The position numbers and the translations under genes were made by a program. The notes beneath the pieces are model-generated. The model saw only the letters and a list, made by a program, of their open reading frames with translations, was not told where the DNA came from and made no database searches. A stretch of 64,000 nucleotides of DNA from Octopus vulgaris (lineage: Eukaryota). Every line of letters begins with the position of its first letter. The first letter of the stretch is position 1. Shown here piece after piece: positions 28,394 through 41,576 of this stretch. The DNA lies in the NCBI GenBank assembly GCA_951406725.2, contig OX597835.1, positions 8,618,001 through 8,682,000 of the forward strand, given 5' to 3'.

Positions 28394-28771
28394 TGGAAGC
28401 ACTCCGTCGGTTACGACGATGAGGGTTCCGGTTGATCCGAATCAACGGAACAGCCTGCTCGTGAAATTAACGTGTAAGTGGCTGAGCACTCCACAGACAC
28501 GTGTACCCTTAACGTAGTTCTCGGGGATATTCAGCGTGACACAGAGAGTGACAAGTCAGGCCCTTTGAAATACGGGTACAACAGAAACAGGAAGTAAGAG
28601 TGAGAGAAAGTTGTGGTGAAAGAGTACAGCAGGGATCACCACCATCCCTGCCGGAGCCTCGCTTTAGGTGTTTTCGCTCAATAAACACTCACAACGCCCG
28701 GTCTGGGAATCGAAACCGCGATCCTACGACCGCGAGTCCGCTGCCCTAACCACTGGGCCATTGCGCCTCCA
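28394..28771 (-). mobile_element. SINE family A
   Basis: Reverse complement of 50101-50483. Confidence 0.93.
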
Positions 28772-29925
28772 CATTAGTAGTAATAGTTATGCATCTGTGT
28801 ATGGCTAACTTGTCTTCCAGGCTATAACCAGTTTATATATCTTGTTGTCGGCGCTGTCGTCCTCGTCGATGTTGTTGTTTCTGTTGTTACTGATCGACTA
28901 TAACAAAAATTTAAGGAATTTTGACCGTGTTTATCTTGTTTCTTCTTTATCATTTTATACAACTTTAAGACTCTATTATTCAATGTGTCATTTCTAATCT
29001 ACGGTGGCGCATGAAATTTGAGGGGAATTAACTTATATTTCTACATGAGAGAGCAACCAAATTGCGACACCCTCGTTGGCACCGACATTTCTGATGTTAT
29101 TTTGCAGATTGAGAGTACAGATTGAAATTGAAAAGATTGCTTACCAAGTAACGTGAACATGGAATCCGCGCCAGTTCCCTTTTGACAAAGAAAGCACAAA
29201 ATTACATCTAATAACGTTTGTGTTCATTATTAAACAGCGCCAACCTGTCTCTGGTATGGCAGAAAATGCTAGATTTCCATAACCCTCTCCACTGTGTTGA
29301 TGAAGACGGTTTTATTATTTTATTTTTGGTTTAGGTTTTGCCAAATCTAAATAAGTGACATATCCTCGTCTCTCTCTCTAGTGGTAAATGTGTGTGTAGG
29401 GGTGAAAACACCTATTTGTTTGACACAATATGAAGAAAATTTGGAATCTAATCCAACATGTGTTGTTGGAAATTCTTGAGTTCAAAGAAGGGCTTCATGC
29501 TGGCAGCTTGCTGGATTTGTTTTAGTTCAGACCAATCCGAGTTAAGTATACCAATAATCAAATGCGTTCAGATTGTGAGACGATTTCATTACAAGCAAGT
29601 GCAATTTTGAAAAAGGATCCAAATGTCAGCCATATTTCTAAAGAGAGAAGTGTGTAACCTGATGGGAATTATGGTGGATCGCTATAGTGGCGTCACCAAC
29701 CAAGAATAGATATACGTCACCATTCATGACTGCTGCGTATTTACACAATTGACGAAGAAATGATGTAAGCAGTTTCTGAAATATTTATTCATTTGCAGTG
29801 TGAGATGAAGGAAAAGTTGATCCTAAACCAGATACGACGCAACACCATCTACCATACTCTCTATCTCTCTCCCCTCCCTCCCCTCTCTCTGTTTCTACCT
29901 CTTTCTATTTCTTTCCAACTCTGTA

Positions 29926-29965
<40 letters not shown>

Positions 29966-30101
29966 CAGTCCATCACACCTGACACTATATACATATAGGC
30001 ATACATGCATATATGCAGATATATATACATGCATATATGCATATATATATATATATACATATATATACACTACATACATACACATATATATATACACATA
30101 C

Positions 30102-30135
<34 letters not shown>

Positions 30136-30877
30136 ACATACATACATATATAATTATGTAAGTCTATATTTATATATATATATATATATATATATACATA
30201 CATACATATATAATTATTATATATATATATATATGCATTTCTGCGTAATTTATTTGTTACCATCAAAACGTATCAATCGTTACTACTGTATAGAAAACCA
30301 AACATTAAAACTGAGTAGTAGGGAAATAGTATATATATTATATAATGAATGTGAACTCGTGGACACGTATGGCCATCATTGACAACGCAAAATTTTAGGT
30401 ACAATTAAGTTTGCACAAAACCTCATTGGTTCTCTCCACCCTGATATGATTCAGTGATAGGTCGACGCAAGATGTCAATATGGGTCGCTAAAGTTTAGTG
30501 GTTAGATAAACATGTAAGTTATTTTTGAGACAGACAAATTAAATAATTCTATTAATAATAATATTCCTTAATTTTCTGTTTGAAGAATTTCTAATAGAAT
30601 ATTACTTGCTTGTCTCTCTAACTTTGTATTTGCTATCAGTAGCTGAAATACATGCAATGGCGAATGGATAATACCAAAATATTTCCAATTTCTGTCTTGT
30701 TAAACAATAGCTCTGCAAATAATATTTTCACGAGTCCGAATATAAAATATTTTCCTTGAACTAATATACATCAGCGTCTGAGACTAAGTTTTGATTCTAA
30801 TAAGAAAATAATCAGATGTACTTCAATAGGACAAAACGGGTTTACCCTAATTACCTATTATATATATATATGCATAT

Positions 30878-33800
30878 ATGTAAATGATTATCTAGGTTAA
30901 TTATTTTACTGGTAATTGAAAACTCCAAACATATACATTATAATTCTCTCTCTTTTGAGAAGATATTTCTTTTAATTGTCTGTTTTCTCCATTATAATGA
31001 ATAAACAAATCAATTTTCCTGCACTTTAATTGTAGCCATTAGAAATAGATTCATTTTAAATTACTGTCTTCCAATAAATTCCGAATGTATTGACAACAAA
31101 ACAAACACGAGAATTTTGAAGAAGAATGAATTATCAGAAAAAGATTATAACGTCTAGACATTGCGGTATCTTGGTCGACTCAATCTCAAAATAGTAGGGA
31201 CAAACACTCAAATTACACATTATGTCCTTTATAAGTGGTCGAAAATTTACACGATGCAATCCTGGTAAATCTCCACCCCCAAACGAAAACCCTATTGGTA
31301 ACGTATGAAAATAGCATCGTCATTAACTTGTCGGATATGTTTTGTTTGAATCCTCTTGGTTGGAAGCAGAAATTCCAAATCAAATATTGTTGATATCTTC
31401 AAAAGCTAAACACCAGTTTCATAAATTTCACTAACCTTTCTTATGCTGCTTACTTTGTGTAAATCGGATATGTCCGCACTGGGTGTGATATAATTAGGAG
31501 CACTCCGTCGGTTGCGACGATGAGGGTCCCAGCTGATACGATCAACGGAACAGCTTGCTCGTGATATTAACGTGCAAGTGGCTGAGCACTCCACAGACAC
31601 GTGTACCCTTAACGTAGTTCTCGAGGAGATTCAGCGTGATACACAGAATATGACAAGGCCGGCCCTTTGAAATACAGGTACAAGAGAAACAGGAAGAAAG
31701 AGCGAGAGAAAGTTGTGGTGAAAGAGTACAGCAGGGATCACCACCACCCCCTGCCGGAGCCTCGTGGAGCTTTAGGTGTTTTCGCTCAATAAACACTCAC
31801 AATGCCCGGTCTGGGAATCGAAACCGCGAGTCCGCTGCCCTAAACACTGGGCCATTGCGCCTCCACTGTGATATAATTACCTTATTGCTAGTGTCACCTT
31901 TTGGTAATAAATATGTTGGTTGTTTTTATTTTTTGTGTATTCACAGTATTGTATTGAACAAAATCGTTATGCAGCCCGCGGCCGTCACTCCCCCAGTTAT
32001 CTGGTCCACCGTGAAAATGTTTCGTGACCCCTGGTCAAAACCGATTGCATTTGGCCAAATGTTATGCCTGCATCATCTACTGACTTATTTTGTCACGGAT
32101 GCACTTCGAAACAGTGATCGACTCTGTCACCATTTTCAGTAACAGCCCTTTTGTGGATCTTCTCCACAAACACTGCAGCAGCAGCAGCAGCACGTAGGCG
32201 GGCGTGGAGCGCGCTATTTGGGATTATGCTTTTGCTGCGGCACCTAATTTTAGATGATATAACTGATATCTCATGAAATAAACGAAAATTATGTGATCGT
32301 GTTAAGATGCCGGTAAGGTACGTTTCTCTTCTAATATAAATTTGATAATAGGCATTGCTTGTTCACGGTTAGAAAATATTCTCACGTGATATATTCCGAT
32401 CATAGCGTCGAGACGAAGGGATCTTTACCATTTATCCTTTCAGGACCGTTATATTACGAATATTTAAATCTCGAGAACAATCTCGTCATCAGTAAAGATT
32501 AAGTAGAGATTCTTATGTGATGGAAAAAGATTGGCAAACATACTTCTGCTGCATAGAAACAGCTGTAGGGGTTTCTATTGGCCACACGTATTGTTGTGCT
32601 CTGTGGTCCCATTTGAAGATATGCATAATTAGATCCTTGAGCTTAGTTCAGTGAATATTCTATGTCTAACCCGATTATTCTATTTTAGACATTCAGTTGT
32701 AAAGAATCCTCTACATCTATCAGTAGTATTATTGTTTCTGAAAACACCAACAATATATCATAGTTTTTTTTATTGTAATTTAATAGCTGCTACTGTGATG
32801 CTACTACGAGTCTTTCTGCTCTTCCCTAGCCACTGACTCTCTTACCTAGAATGCTGATTGTGATCTCCTTACTAATATCAGGTATTATAAAACAGTTATC
32901 TGACAAGACCTGTCTCTCACTGGTTTTTATTTTTCATTTTCTTTTTATATGGGAGTGAAACTTCTTGCATTGAACTTCTATAAATTTCCAAAGAGAATTT
33001 AAAATTGTGCTGTGAATTTTGAGGTGGATTTGGTTACTAGTAATAGCTGGTGAAACAGGCTCATAGATGCTCTGTCATTGTTCAGAGTACATATACTGAT
33101 GGTTAAGCTACAGAACCATTAAAAGTCACCATCGTGAGGCTTTGTAGCTTTGTTTATATTCCTTCAATCAATATATTTCGTATTCTAGACATTTATTACA
33201 AATGCCTTTTGCTTATAAATTTGACAAAGAATAAATTGTGCTAATTTAGTATGTTTCTACTTATATATCGAACATACAGTGGTGGCTTCCTCGTACCTTA
33301 TTATTGTGGAATATATATGAAGATGCTTGCTTCACAGATATTTAGAAAATACAGTGTGATGAAGACCGCCAGGAAGAAGTTGATTGCAGTACGCTCTTCA
33401 TCTTATATTCATTACTCATCGTTGAACAAGTAGACTAATGTAAAGTCCATTTAATCTGTTACGCAGTGTCTTTCTTACCCTTGCTTTCAAATGAATATAC
33501 ATATATCAGTTATTTGCAGGTGCTATATTTAATTACGAAAAGCAATGAGTATACACAAAACATGTTGTCTATGATCAGTTCCTCTACAAATCTTATTGGT
33601 CTCATAATTATCTTAAAGCCATAATTTAGGATTTGGAAGAGTAAGCCAGCCCGGCACTAGTTATGTTTTTGTTTTTAATTCTGTAACGAAATATAGCATT
33701 TTCTTCAAAGAATGTTAGATGTCTGTATTTTCTGATGTTTTCAGTTAATCATTTTCCTTAACTTATTTTCCCAAAACCATAATTACTCTATTCATAAGCA

Positions 33801-34318
33801 ATTAAACAAGGTGACCAGTAATTATCTTCCATCCATTTTCAATGACTCTCGACATCAAAGTTCATTTATATCTGAACAGAGATATAGACTATGGTGCAGA
33901 TATCAGTGGCAGAGGAGATGGGGTCGTCCTTTAAATCACGTAAAACGGATGCTTAGATGTTGGAATTAATGACGATGACCGACAAAACTTTAACAGAGAA
34001 ATGTGTGTCATATTGGAATATTTGTGTTTTTATTTATGCATTTATATATGTTTTCAATAGAATGTTATAATAATATAAGAATCGAGTGAGGTGTCTACTT
34101 CAGTTTCAAGATGTAATTAAAGAAATGTTATTACTTTCTCATTCATATCTATGAATATTGTGACGAAAGCTGTCAAATGCAACGCAATAGTGAAGTCATA
34201 TAATTGAAATAAAAGTATTTCGTTCTCTATTTGTTTTTGTGATCAATTTCTGTTTAATCAAGACAGTGGAGAAACTATATGAGAAAGTCCAAACATTTGT
34301 GAGCATCTGTATAAATAC
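30878..34318 (+). repeat. local tandem duplication, copy 1
   Basis: 30878-31293 aligns by eye with 37641-38079, and 32465-34318 with 40300-42603. Confidence 0.85.
31497..31866 (-). mobile_element. SINE family A with a 13-bp TSD
   Basis: TSD tgtgatataatta at 31484-31496 and 31867-31879. Confidence 0.93.
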
Positions 34319-34341
34319 AGGCATACAGACATACACACCGA

Positions 34342-34387
<46 letters not shown>

Positions 34388-34388
<1 letters not shown>

Positions 34389-35130
34389 CATCCCCGCTAC
34401 TTTCTAAAACGAGTCCCTGACTTTCGCTAAAAGCTTCTCTCTTATAACCAGGAACAAAATAGATATTATTTCAGCTAGGAAAATTATCATAGAAATTGAG
34501 GGCAGGTTATGTACAAGGTGCATAACGCACCCCTAATGATTTTGATATTGCTATGGGTTCAAGTGACTCGGCCTAGATTACTGATTTGGTTGGTGCATAT
34601 CTCTTAATGTGTCTGAGTACTGAAACTACAGGGTGGTCTTTATAGGAATGATGCTTTGTGCAAACGGTCATGTAAAGTCTGGGGAAAAAATCAGAAAATT
34701 CTTCAAAAGCTTTAACCTCGGACTCACTTTCGAATACGGCTTGAATGTAGCTAACTTCTTAGACACTACTTTAGATATAAACTCTGGCTTATATTATCTC
34801 TATAGAAAACCAGGTAAAATTACTAGATGTGAGAGTAAGTGCTCTTATCATCCCCCTAATGTATTAAAATCGGTATTAAAAGGAATTTCGAGACGAATTA
34901 CACAATTATCAGCTAATAGTGATGTATTTAATTCATACTCCTACTATTATAACTCAGGAGATAGTTTTTCTTGGCTCGGAAATTTAGATACCTACAAGGA
35001 ATTGCAATGAAAATGGAAGGGAAAACAGGAACAATAGACCACCTAGTCGAGCAGATAGACCTACAAGGATAGCCTCTAATATTCCTATTAAATCAATAAA
35101 TAAGATATATAATAAGAAGAAAATAGAATT
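34388..35130 (+). pseudogene. Penelope-like retroelement reverse transcriptase remnant, abutting (TA)n
   Basis: FDIAMGSSDSA*ITDLVGAYLL (from 34541), GLYRNDAL (from 34635, decayed YRDD) and NFLDTTLDINSGLYYLYRKP...SYHPPNVLK...ISRRITQLS: PLE RT motifs with stops and frameshifts. Confidence 0.8.
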
Positions 35131-35202
35131 GAAGGGCGGTAAAATGTCTACAGAGTTTTGTGTGATTGAATTAGAAATGATCTCTTTTTCGAGAGAGCGA
35201 GT

Positions 35203-35250
<48 letters not shown>

Positions 35251-37337
35251 AGGAAGTAGCTGGTGGATTAAAATGCCTGACATGTACCATTTAAAAAGCT
35301 TTACAACCGAAATTTGCCGAATTGCTTATCCACTAAAAGGCTTCGGTTAGTCTACAGCTTGAGAGAGCCTTCGTTTTGCGAAAGCCAGCCAGCTCCTTCA
35401 TTTAGTGTGGTTTCAAAGGTTTTTTAAGGAGCAATTGAAAATAAGGATAAAATACAAGTAATTATTTAAAAAATTAGTTTCATAACTTGATTCTCACAAC
35501 TAAATATAAGCGAAATTCAACATATATTTTGAAAATGTGAGACACGTAAATCTATGGCTGTGGAATTGAACTATGAAACCTCAGATCTTTGCAAAATGTG
35601 CGAGAAATTCTAAAGACGAAATAAGTTTTTTTTCATCGACAAGATAAACACACTAACTATAGCTAGTCGCTTTCATATGCAGACTGCATACTTAGAAAGT
35701 CGCAAGTACGTGAGTTACTCTACTCGACCGTAAATTTCTTGGCTTGGTTTTCCTTCAATACTGAATATTATACACCAACTATAAACAGTAATAATGTAAC
35801 AATGTATTCTATTATACATAATACATTGACGGAAAGTTGAATATCTGCCCACTGCAAAGTTTAAAGAAATGTCGTGACATTATTAATATAGATTATTCAT
35901 AAATATATGAAGTTATTAGCTATAACATACTAAACACTACACTAAATCCAGGTGGTATATATTTTTAATGCGATATATTTTAAGATACACCAGAAGAAAA
36001 TTTCATACAAATACAAATACATGCGGAAGACAGAGTACAGCATTTAATGAAATGCTCACAGAGTCTGGTATTTTTATATGGGCAAGCAAATATGGGGAAG
36101 CGTGTGCGCATATAAATACATGTATGTGCGCGTGTGTGTGTGTATCTGTGCTTGTGTGTGTGTTTACGTACATATGGATGTATATAGATATATATGTTTG
36201 TCTCTGCCTCTCTGTGTCGCTTTGTCTATATATCTATGTCTATGTGTCTATGTATGCATGCATGTAAGTATTTATGTATGTATATATGTATGTATCTGTG
36301 TATTTATCTATCGATCTCTCAGTCTATCTATCTATCTAGTGATCATCCACCTCTCTGTCTCTCTTTCCCTCTTTCTGTATGTATATATATATATATCTTG
36401 TTTATAAGTTGTTTATAAATTTAACCTTTTGATAGAATTTTTTTCGAAAATTGTTATCCTATATATATAGGTCTTGTCTTTAATGTTACTGAGCTCCTAA
36501 GAACTCTCTTCGCCAGGCTAACCAGGAGGTGATGAGAGATTAGTCGCCCACGGACTGACCACGCAACAGTTTGCATGGATCAATGTTACCAGTAGCACAC
36601 ACGAGAAACCTCATACTTCGTCCGATTGATGAATGAAGGTATGACATTTTTAGAAGATTTGAACACGGATACAGGAACTACCCTTTTTCCAATACATAAC
36701 ACAATTTATTCCATTTTACTCTCCACAATATCTCGATTAACCCCTTCCCCATGCACACTCACATACACAGAGAGACGTTGGACATTAAATCACAGTCCAT
36801 CTATTTTACTCCACTCATAAGGAATTGATCCACAGATCTTTCAATAACCTGTCCAAAAATGCCGTGTGATGAGATAAAACCTGGAGCAAACATTTCCTGA
36901 AGTAAACATCCCGACAACAAAGCCGTACATCTGACTCATTTCCACAACAACATATTCACTTTATAATTCAATATTTTAGTGTCACTGATAAGACGAAAGA
37001 CGATGATGTAGTAACTTATCAAAGACACATCGGAATCTGTTAAAACAAAGGCAAGCCATTCGTCTAATCGGAGTAAATTGTTATCTTTAGAGGCGACATA
37101 TTGATTCTCATACGCTCTCTTCCATTCTGTGATTCAACTTGCCATTCGTTATACATACATACATTCATCCATTCATATATGCCTGCATACATACATGCAT
37201 TCACCTTTCCATTTATCTATCCATCCATCCATACATACATGTATAGGGAGAGTTTACGAAAAAAACAAAAGACAAAGACAGGAGGTGTACAAAACAAACA
37301 GATGTATTAGTATAACGCTCAGGAATAGAAAAAGTCT

Positions 37338-37370
37338 TTTACGTTTCGAGCCTACGCTCTTCTACAGAAA
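37338..37370 (-). ncRNA. minimal hammerhead-like motif with a variant core, in a short element (about 37245-37445)
   Basis: Minus strand ttt-CTGTAGA-a-gagc-gtag-gctc-GAAAC-GTA-aaa; same layout and same downstream ttcctgagcgt as 53528-53590. Confidence 0.5.
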
Positions 37371-37485
37371 GGGACACAGAAAAAACAAGGAGAGAAAAAA
37401 ATGTGTGTAGTGGCTAACGATCTATCATGGCGACTGTGTATTACCCATACATACATATATACATATATAGATACATTTATGAACG

Positions 37486-37557
<72 letters not shown>

Positions 37558-38084
37558 TGTGTGGGTGTGTGTGTGCATATATATGTGCCTGCGGGGTGTC
37601 GGGAGATGTGGTGATTGTCTGCATATGCACGTGTGTATATATGTAAATAATTATCTATGTCAATTATTTTATTGATAAATATATCCCCAGCTGTACTGTC
37701 ATAGAAAACTCCAGATATATGACGAGATTCATTATATTTATTTCTACTTTGAGAAGATATTTCTTTCAAATGTCTGTTTTCCTCATTATAATGAATAAAC
37801 AAATCTTTATTCCTGTACTTTAACTATGGTCATTAGAAATAAATTCATTTTAAATGACTATCGCCGAATCGACGCTGAATTTATTGACAAAGAAACAAAA
37901 CAGGAGAGTTTTGAAGAAATAAAGAATTTGTCAGAGAAAGATTATAACAAGACGTTGTATTTTGGTCGAATTACGCTGAAAATAGTTGGGACAAACCCTC
38001 GAAATACATAATGTCCTTTATAATTGAGAGAAAATTTACATGATGCACTACTAGTAAATCCCGTCCAAAGCGAAAACCTTGTGG

Positions 38085-38452
38085 ATAATCTTACTTTTTG
38101 TACTTGTGGCGACATTCACCCTGGGCGGGTTGAGCCGGCTTCTTCTACTCATGGAAGAAGTTCCGTGGGAAAATGTGGATTTCACAAGCGGTCCCCAACA
38201 ATCTCACATGTGGAGACATCTTGTTTGCCGCAGATTGTCCGCAGACGCAGGGACAGAACGACCGAGGAGCCGCCGGGTGCCGAAGCAGACACTCCGAGGA
38301 TTTTCACCAGAGTCCCGTCTGCCGGGTTGTGGCCCTAATACCACTCGGTGACCAATCCGCCTTGGGTGGCCCTACCAGGAACCGAAGTTCCCGACAGCAT
38401 AGCACTGACACTACCCGTTGCCAGTGTCCCCACCACGGTGAGGCGGGGATGT
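38085..38452 (-). mobile_element. RTE-clade LINE 5' region fragment
   Basis: GC-rich insert absent from duplication copy 1. Minus strand cgcctcaccgtggtgggg...gctatgctgtcggg...cctggtagggccacccaaggcgga resembles the conserved 5' UTR of RTE elements (BovB/Expander type), from recall. Confidence 0.55.
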
Positions 38453-38664
38453 AAAATTATCACCCTCGTTAACTCGTCGGATACATTACAATGCTTTGAT
38501 TGATCCGAAATTCCGTTCTTTAAGTTCAAATTCTGCTGAGAGAAATTTAAGTCTTTCTTGTAATAATTCCAATGTCATTTCAAATGAATGCGCATATCCA
38601 GGGAACTGGGTTCCCTTAATGGCAACAAAACCGGATCACATACGTCACGGTGTTTGTTAATACA

Positions 38665-39035
38665 CTTTACTCTTTTACTTGTTTCAGTCATTTGACTGCG
38701 GCTATGTTGGAGTACCGCCTTTAGTCGAGCAAATCGACCCCAGGACTTATTCTTTGTAAGCCTAGCACTTATTCTATCGGTCGAGTTTGCCGAACTGAAC
38801 TGCAAAGTTACGGGAAATAAACCCACCAGCATCGGTTGTCAAACGATGTCGGGGGGGGGGGGGGGGGCAAACACACATATATTTACATATACATATATAC
38901 GATGGGCTTCTTTCAGTTTCCCTCTACAAAATTCAGAAGGCTTTGGTCGGCTCGAGGCTATAGTAGAAGTCACTTGTCCAAGGTGCCACGCAGCTGAACT
39001 GAACCCGGAACCATGTGGTTGGTAAACAATCTACT
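38665..39035 (-). mobile_element. SINE family B
   Basis: Matches the other family B copies. Confidence 0.88.
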
Positions 39036-39282
39036 TTATCTCATTTTATTTGCCACAAAGACAGTATACAGAGTAGCTGCGGACGGCAGAAGACATTAAT
39101 GAGGTGAATGATAATAATACAAGATGATAAAGATGAGAGAAGACAGAAAGCGCCCGCCGTCCCCTGCTTCTCTAAAACATTGTTCTTTAAAAACAACATA
39201 TACAGAGGTATTAAACCTCTTACAAATATATACAAAAGTGGACTAGAAGTCCATCACAAAGGAAACAAATCCTATACATATA

Positions 39283-39452
39283 GGCGCAGTAGTGGCTGTG
39301 TGGTAAGTAGATTGTTTACCAACCACATGGTTCCGGGTTCAGTCCCACTGCGTGGCACCTTGGGCAAGTGTATTCTACTATAGCCTCGGGCCGACCAAAG
39401 CCTTGTGAGTGGATTTAGTAGACGGAAACTGAAGGAAGACCGTCGTATATAT

Positions 39453-39483
<31 letters not shown>

Positions 39484-39715
39484 ATGTGAGTGTGTGTGTT
39501 TGTGTGTCTGTGTGTGTCCCTCTAGCATTGCTTGACAACCGGTGCTGGTGTGTTTGTGTCTCCGTTACTTGGCGGTTCGGAAAAAGAGACCGATAGAATA
39601 AGTACTGGGCTTACAAAAGAATAAGTCCCGGGGTCGAGTTGCTCGATTAAAGGTGGTGCTCAAGCATGGTCGCAGTCAAATGACTGAAACAAGTAAAAGA
39701 GTAACGAGTAAAGAG
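39283..39715 (+). mobile_element. SINE family B
   Basis: Matches the other family B copies. Confidence 0.93.
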
Positions 39716-41169
39716 TATACAGAGGCGATAAATTACTCGCTCAATTAATTCCTTCTGAAAATACAACTTACCATTCCAGAATATGACACATGTTTGACTA
39801 AATTAAGACAACAAAGGCTGGACCACTTGTAATTAAATACAGCATTACTTTGAGGGCTATTAACAATAATAACGAAAAAAAACCCAGCCCCTTATGAATG
39901 CTGAATTTAATTTCATTTTATGGAGACATTAACGTTTATGTTTCCGCTAAAACTGTAACAGTTACTCTAATTGTATAAAGCAAGTGAAACAAAATTCAGA
40001 TTTGATTTAAAAATCAGAAAAAATGACATTAATTGTCTATAAACCATTTAATTCTTGTGATTGTCTGAGGCTTTTAATATATTTCGGGAACAGATTTCTT
40101 CATGCCTCGCAGTTAATTAACTCTTTTGTAAGATACGAATTCTCTCATACAATATTATGGAATTTAAACAAAAGTTTCGTTTTGTCGCTTTTTCCCCTTA
40201 CAAATCTACCTGTCTCCTTTGGCCTTTGTCCTGTTCCAGATCTCATAAGTTGATTGAAAAGGTGATACGTATAAAAAGGGTATTTCCTGGTCGTGTTGAA
40301 AATCTCGAGAACAATCTCGTCATCAGTAATGATTAAGCAGAGTTTCTTTTGTGATGGAAAAAAGATTGACAAACATACTTCTGCTGCATAGAAACAGCTG
40401 TAGGTGTTTCTATTGGTCACACGTATTGTTGTGCACTGTGACCCCATTTGAAGATATGCATAATTAGATTCTTGCGCTTAATTCAGTGAATATTCTATGT
40501 CTAACCTGATTATACTATTTTAGACATTCAGTTGTAAAGTATCCTCTACATCTATCAGTAATATTATTGTTTCTGATAATACCAACAATATATCATAGTT
40601 TCTTTTTATAGTAATTTAATAGTTGCTACTGTGATGCTACTACGAGTCTTTCTGCTCTTCCCCTAGACACTGATTCCCTTTCCTAGAATGATGATTGTGA
40701 TCTCCTTACTAATATCACGTATTTTAAAACAGTTATCTGACAAAAACTCGTCTATCACAGGATTTTTATATTTTTCACTTTTTATGGGATTGAATCTTCT
40801 TGCGTTGAACTTAAATAAACCTAACAGATCCCTAATTTCAAAGGAGAATTTCAAATTAGTATGAGAGGTGGGGGTTCAGTTACTAATAATTGGAGATGAA
40901 TCTCTGTCAATGTTCTGAGTTAATCTCGTGAGTGCCTAACTGCTAAAGAAACATGCTCAATTAAAATTATCATGTGTTGCAGCCGTGTCTGTTTTTGTCT
41001 TCAAATACCATATTTCCTATTTTAGACAATTATTACAGAGGCCCTTTACCTATATATTTCGCAAAGAATAATTTGTGCTAATTTTGGTTGTTTCTCCTTT
41101 TATATCGAACAAACACACAGTGAGTTCCTCATATCTTATTACTGTGGAAAATATATGCAGAAAATATAT

Positions 41170-41576
41170 GGCGCAGGAGTGGCTGTGTGGTAAGTAGCTT
41201 GTTTACCAACCACATGGTTTCGGGTTCAGTCCCACTGCGTAGTACCTTGGGCAAGTGTTCTCTACTATAGCCTCGGGCCGACCAAAGCCTTGTGAGTGGA
41301 TTTGGTAGACGGAAACTGAAAAGAAGCCCGTCGTATATATGTATATGTATATATGTATGTGTGTGTTTGTGTGTCTGTGTTTGTCCCCCTAGCATTGCTT
41401 GACAACCGATGCTGGTGTGTTTGTGTCCCCGTTACTTGGCGGTTCGGCAAAAGAGACCGATGGAATAAGTAGTGGGCTTACAAAAGAATAAGTCCCGGGG
41501 TCGACTTGCTCGATTAAAGGCGGTGCTCCAGCATGGCCGCAGTCAAATGACTGAAACAAGTAAAAGAGAGAGAGAG
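41170..41576 (+). mobile_element. SINE family B (tRNA-like head, central TA/TG microsatellite, CR1-like tail)
   Basis: ggcgcaggagtggctgtgtggtaag head; the empty site is visible in duplication copy 1 near 33318. Confidence 0.94.

Noticed and set aside
32460-32495. CTGATGA-cgaga..tctcg on the minus strand (also near 40320)
   Set aside because: GAGA instead of GAAA and no stems I or III.
36452-36701. Possible solo LTR (TGTTAT...ATAACA)
   Set aside because: The TSD is imperfect (aaat/caat) and there is no second copy to confirm.
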